Assembly: GCA_010093745.1 (NCBI GenBank)
Contig: MU006027.1
Location: 47,430-67,429 of the forward strand
Length of the DNA: 20,000 nt
Direction of reading: 5' to 3'
Source of the DNA: Piedraia hortae CBS 480.64
Taxonomy: Eukaryota
Of the stretch, positions 19,766 to 20,000 are shown piece after piece; within the stretch, counting starts at the first letter, position 1, and each line of letters begins with the position of its first letter. The notes beneath the pieces are model-generated. The model saw nothing but the letters and a program-made list of their open reading frames with translations. It was not told where the DNA came from and did no database searches. The position numbers and the translations under genes are program-made.

Positions 19766-20000
19766 AAAAAAATGTTTGGTCTAAAAAGACGTCAAAATGA
19801 TGGTAGAGTGCTCTAGAGTGTATGGAAAGGTGTTTTGGGAGATTCTGGAGGGGGTCGAAAAAATCCGCCTGCGATGTTTGCTTTCAGTTCGCCTAGGATG
19901 TTTGGTTTTTGCTGGACTTGTGGAGGCGAAATTTGAACAGGGTAATGAGATGGTCCCGATGCAGGTTAGGAAAAAAGTTGAGATGATTCTAGTGGTTGGA

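Noticed and set aside
19680..19975. Telomere-like words (AAACCCTAG, GGTTAGG)
   Set aside because: Isolated imperfect hits with no (TTAGGG)n array.

Overview
Gene-dense eukaryotic (filamentous ascomycete, most likely Dothideomycetes) DNA with nine intact protein-coding genes and uniformly short GT-AG introns (41-54 nt). The left 12 kb is the core DHN-melanin cluster: hydroxynaphthalene reductase (THR1/BRN1 type, minus), the Cmr1/Amr1/Pig1 C2H2 + Zn2Cys6 regulator (minus) and, divergently, a non-reducing polyketide synthase (SAT-KS-MAT-PT-ACP-ACP-TE, plus). These are followed by prefoldin subunit 3, the cohesin acetyltransferase Eco1 (with MCB boxes upstream), a Ser/Thr-rich GPI-anchored wall protein, a LACTB2-like metallo-beta-lactamase-fold hydrolase, a Nab3-like RRM protein and an ICT1/Pth4-type GGQ peptidyl-tRNA hydrolase. 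The last ~380 bp is non-coding, with a 35-bp tandem repeat and a hairpin that may mark the edge of a repeat or mobile element. I found no convincing new biological system. The pathway is well known. The points worth following up are the compaction of the cluster, a shortened Cmr1, candidate cis-elements and a uORF in the CMR1/PKS1 promoter, a few splicing oddities and the terminal repeat. All gene models were spliced by hand and are unverified by transcript data.
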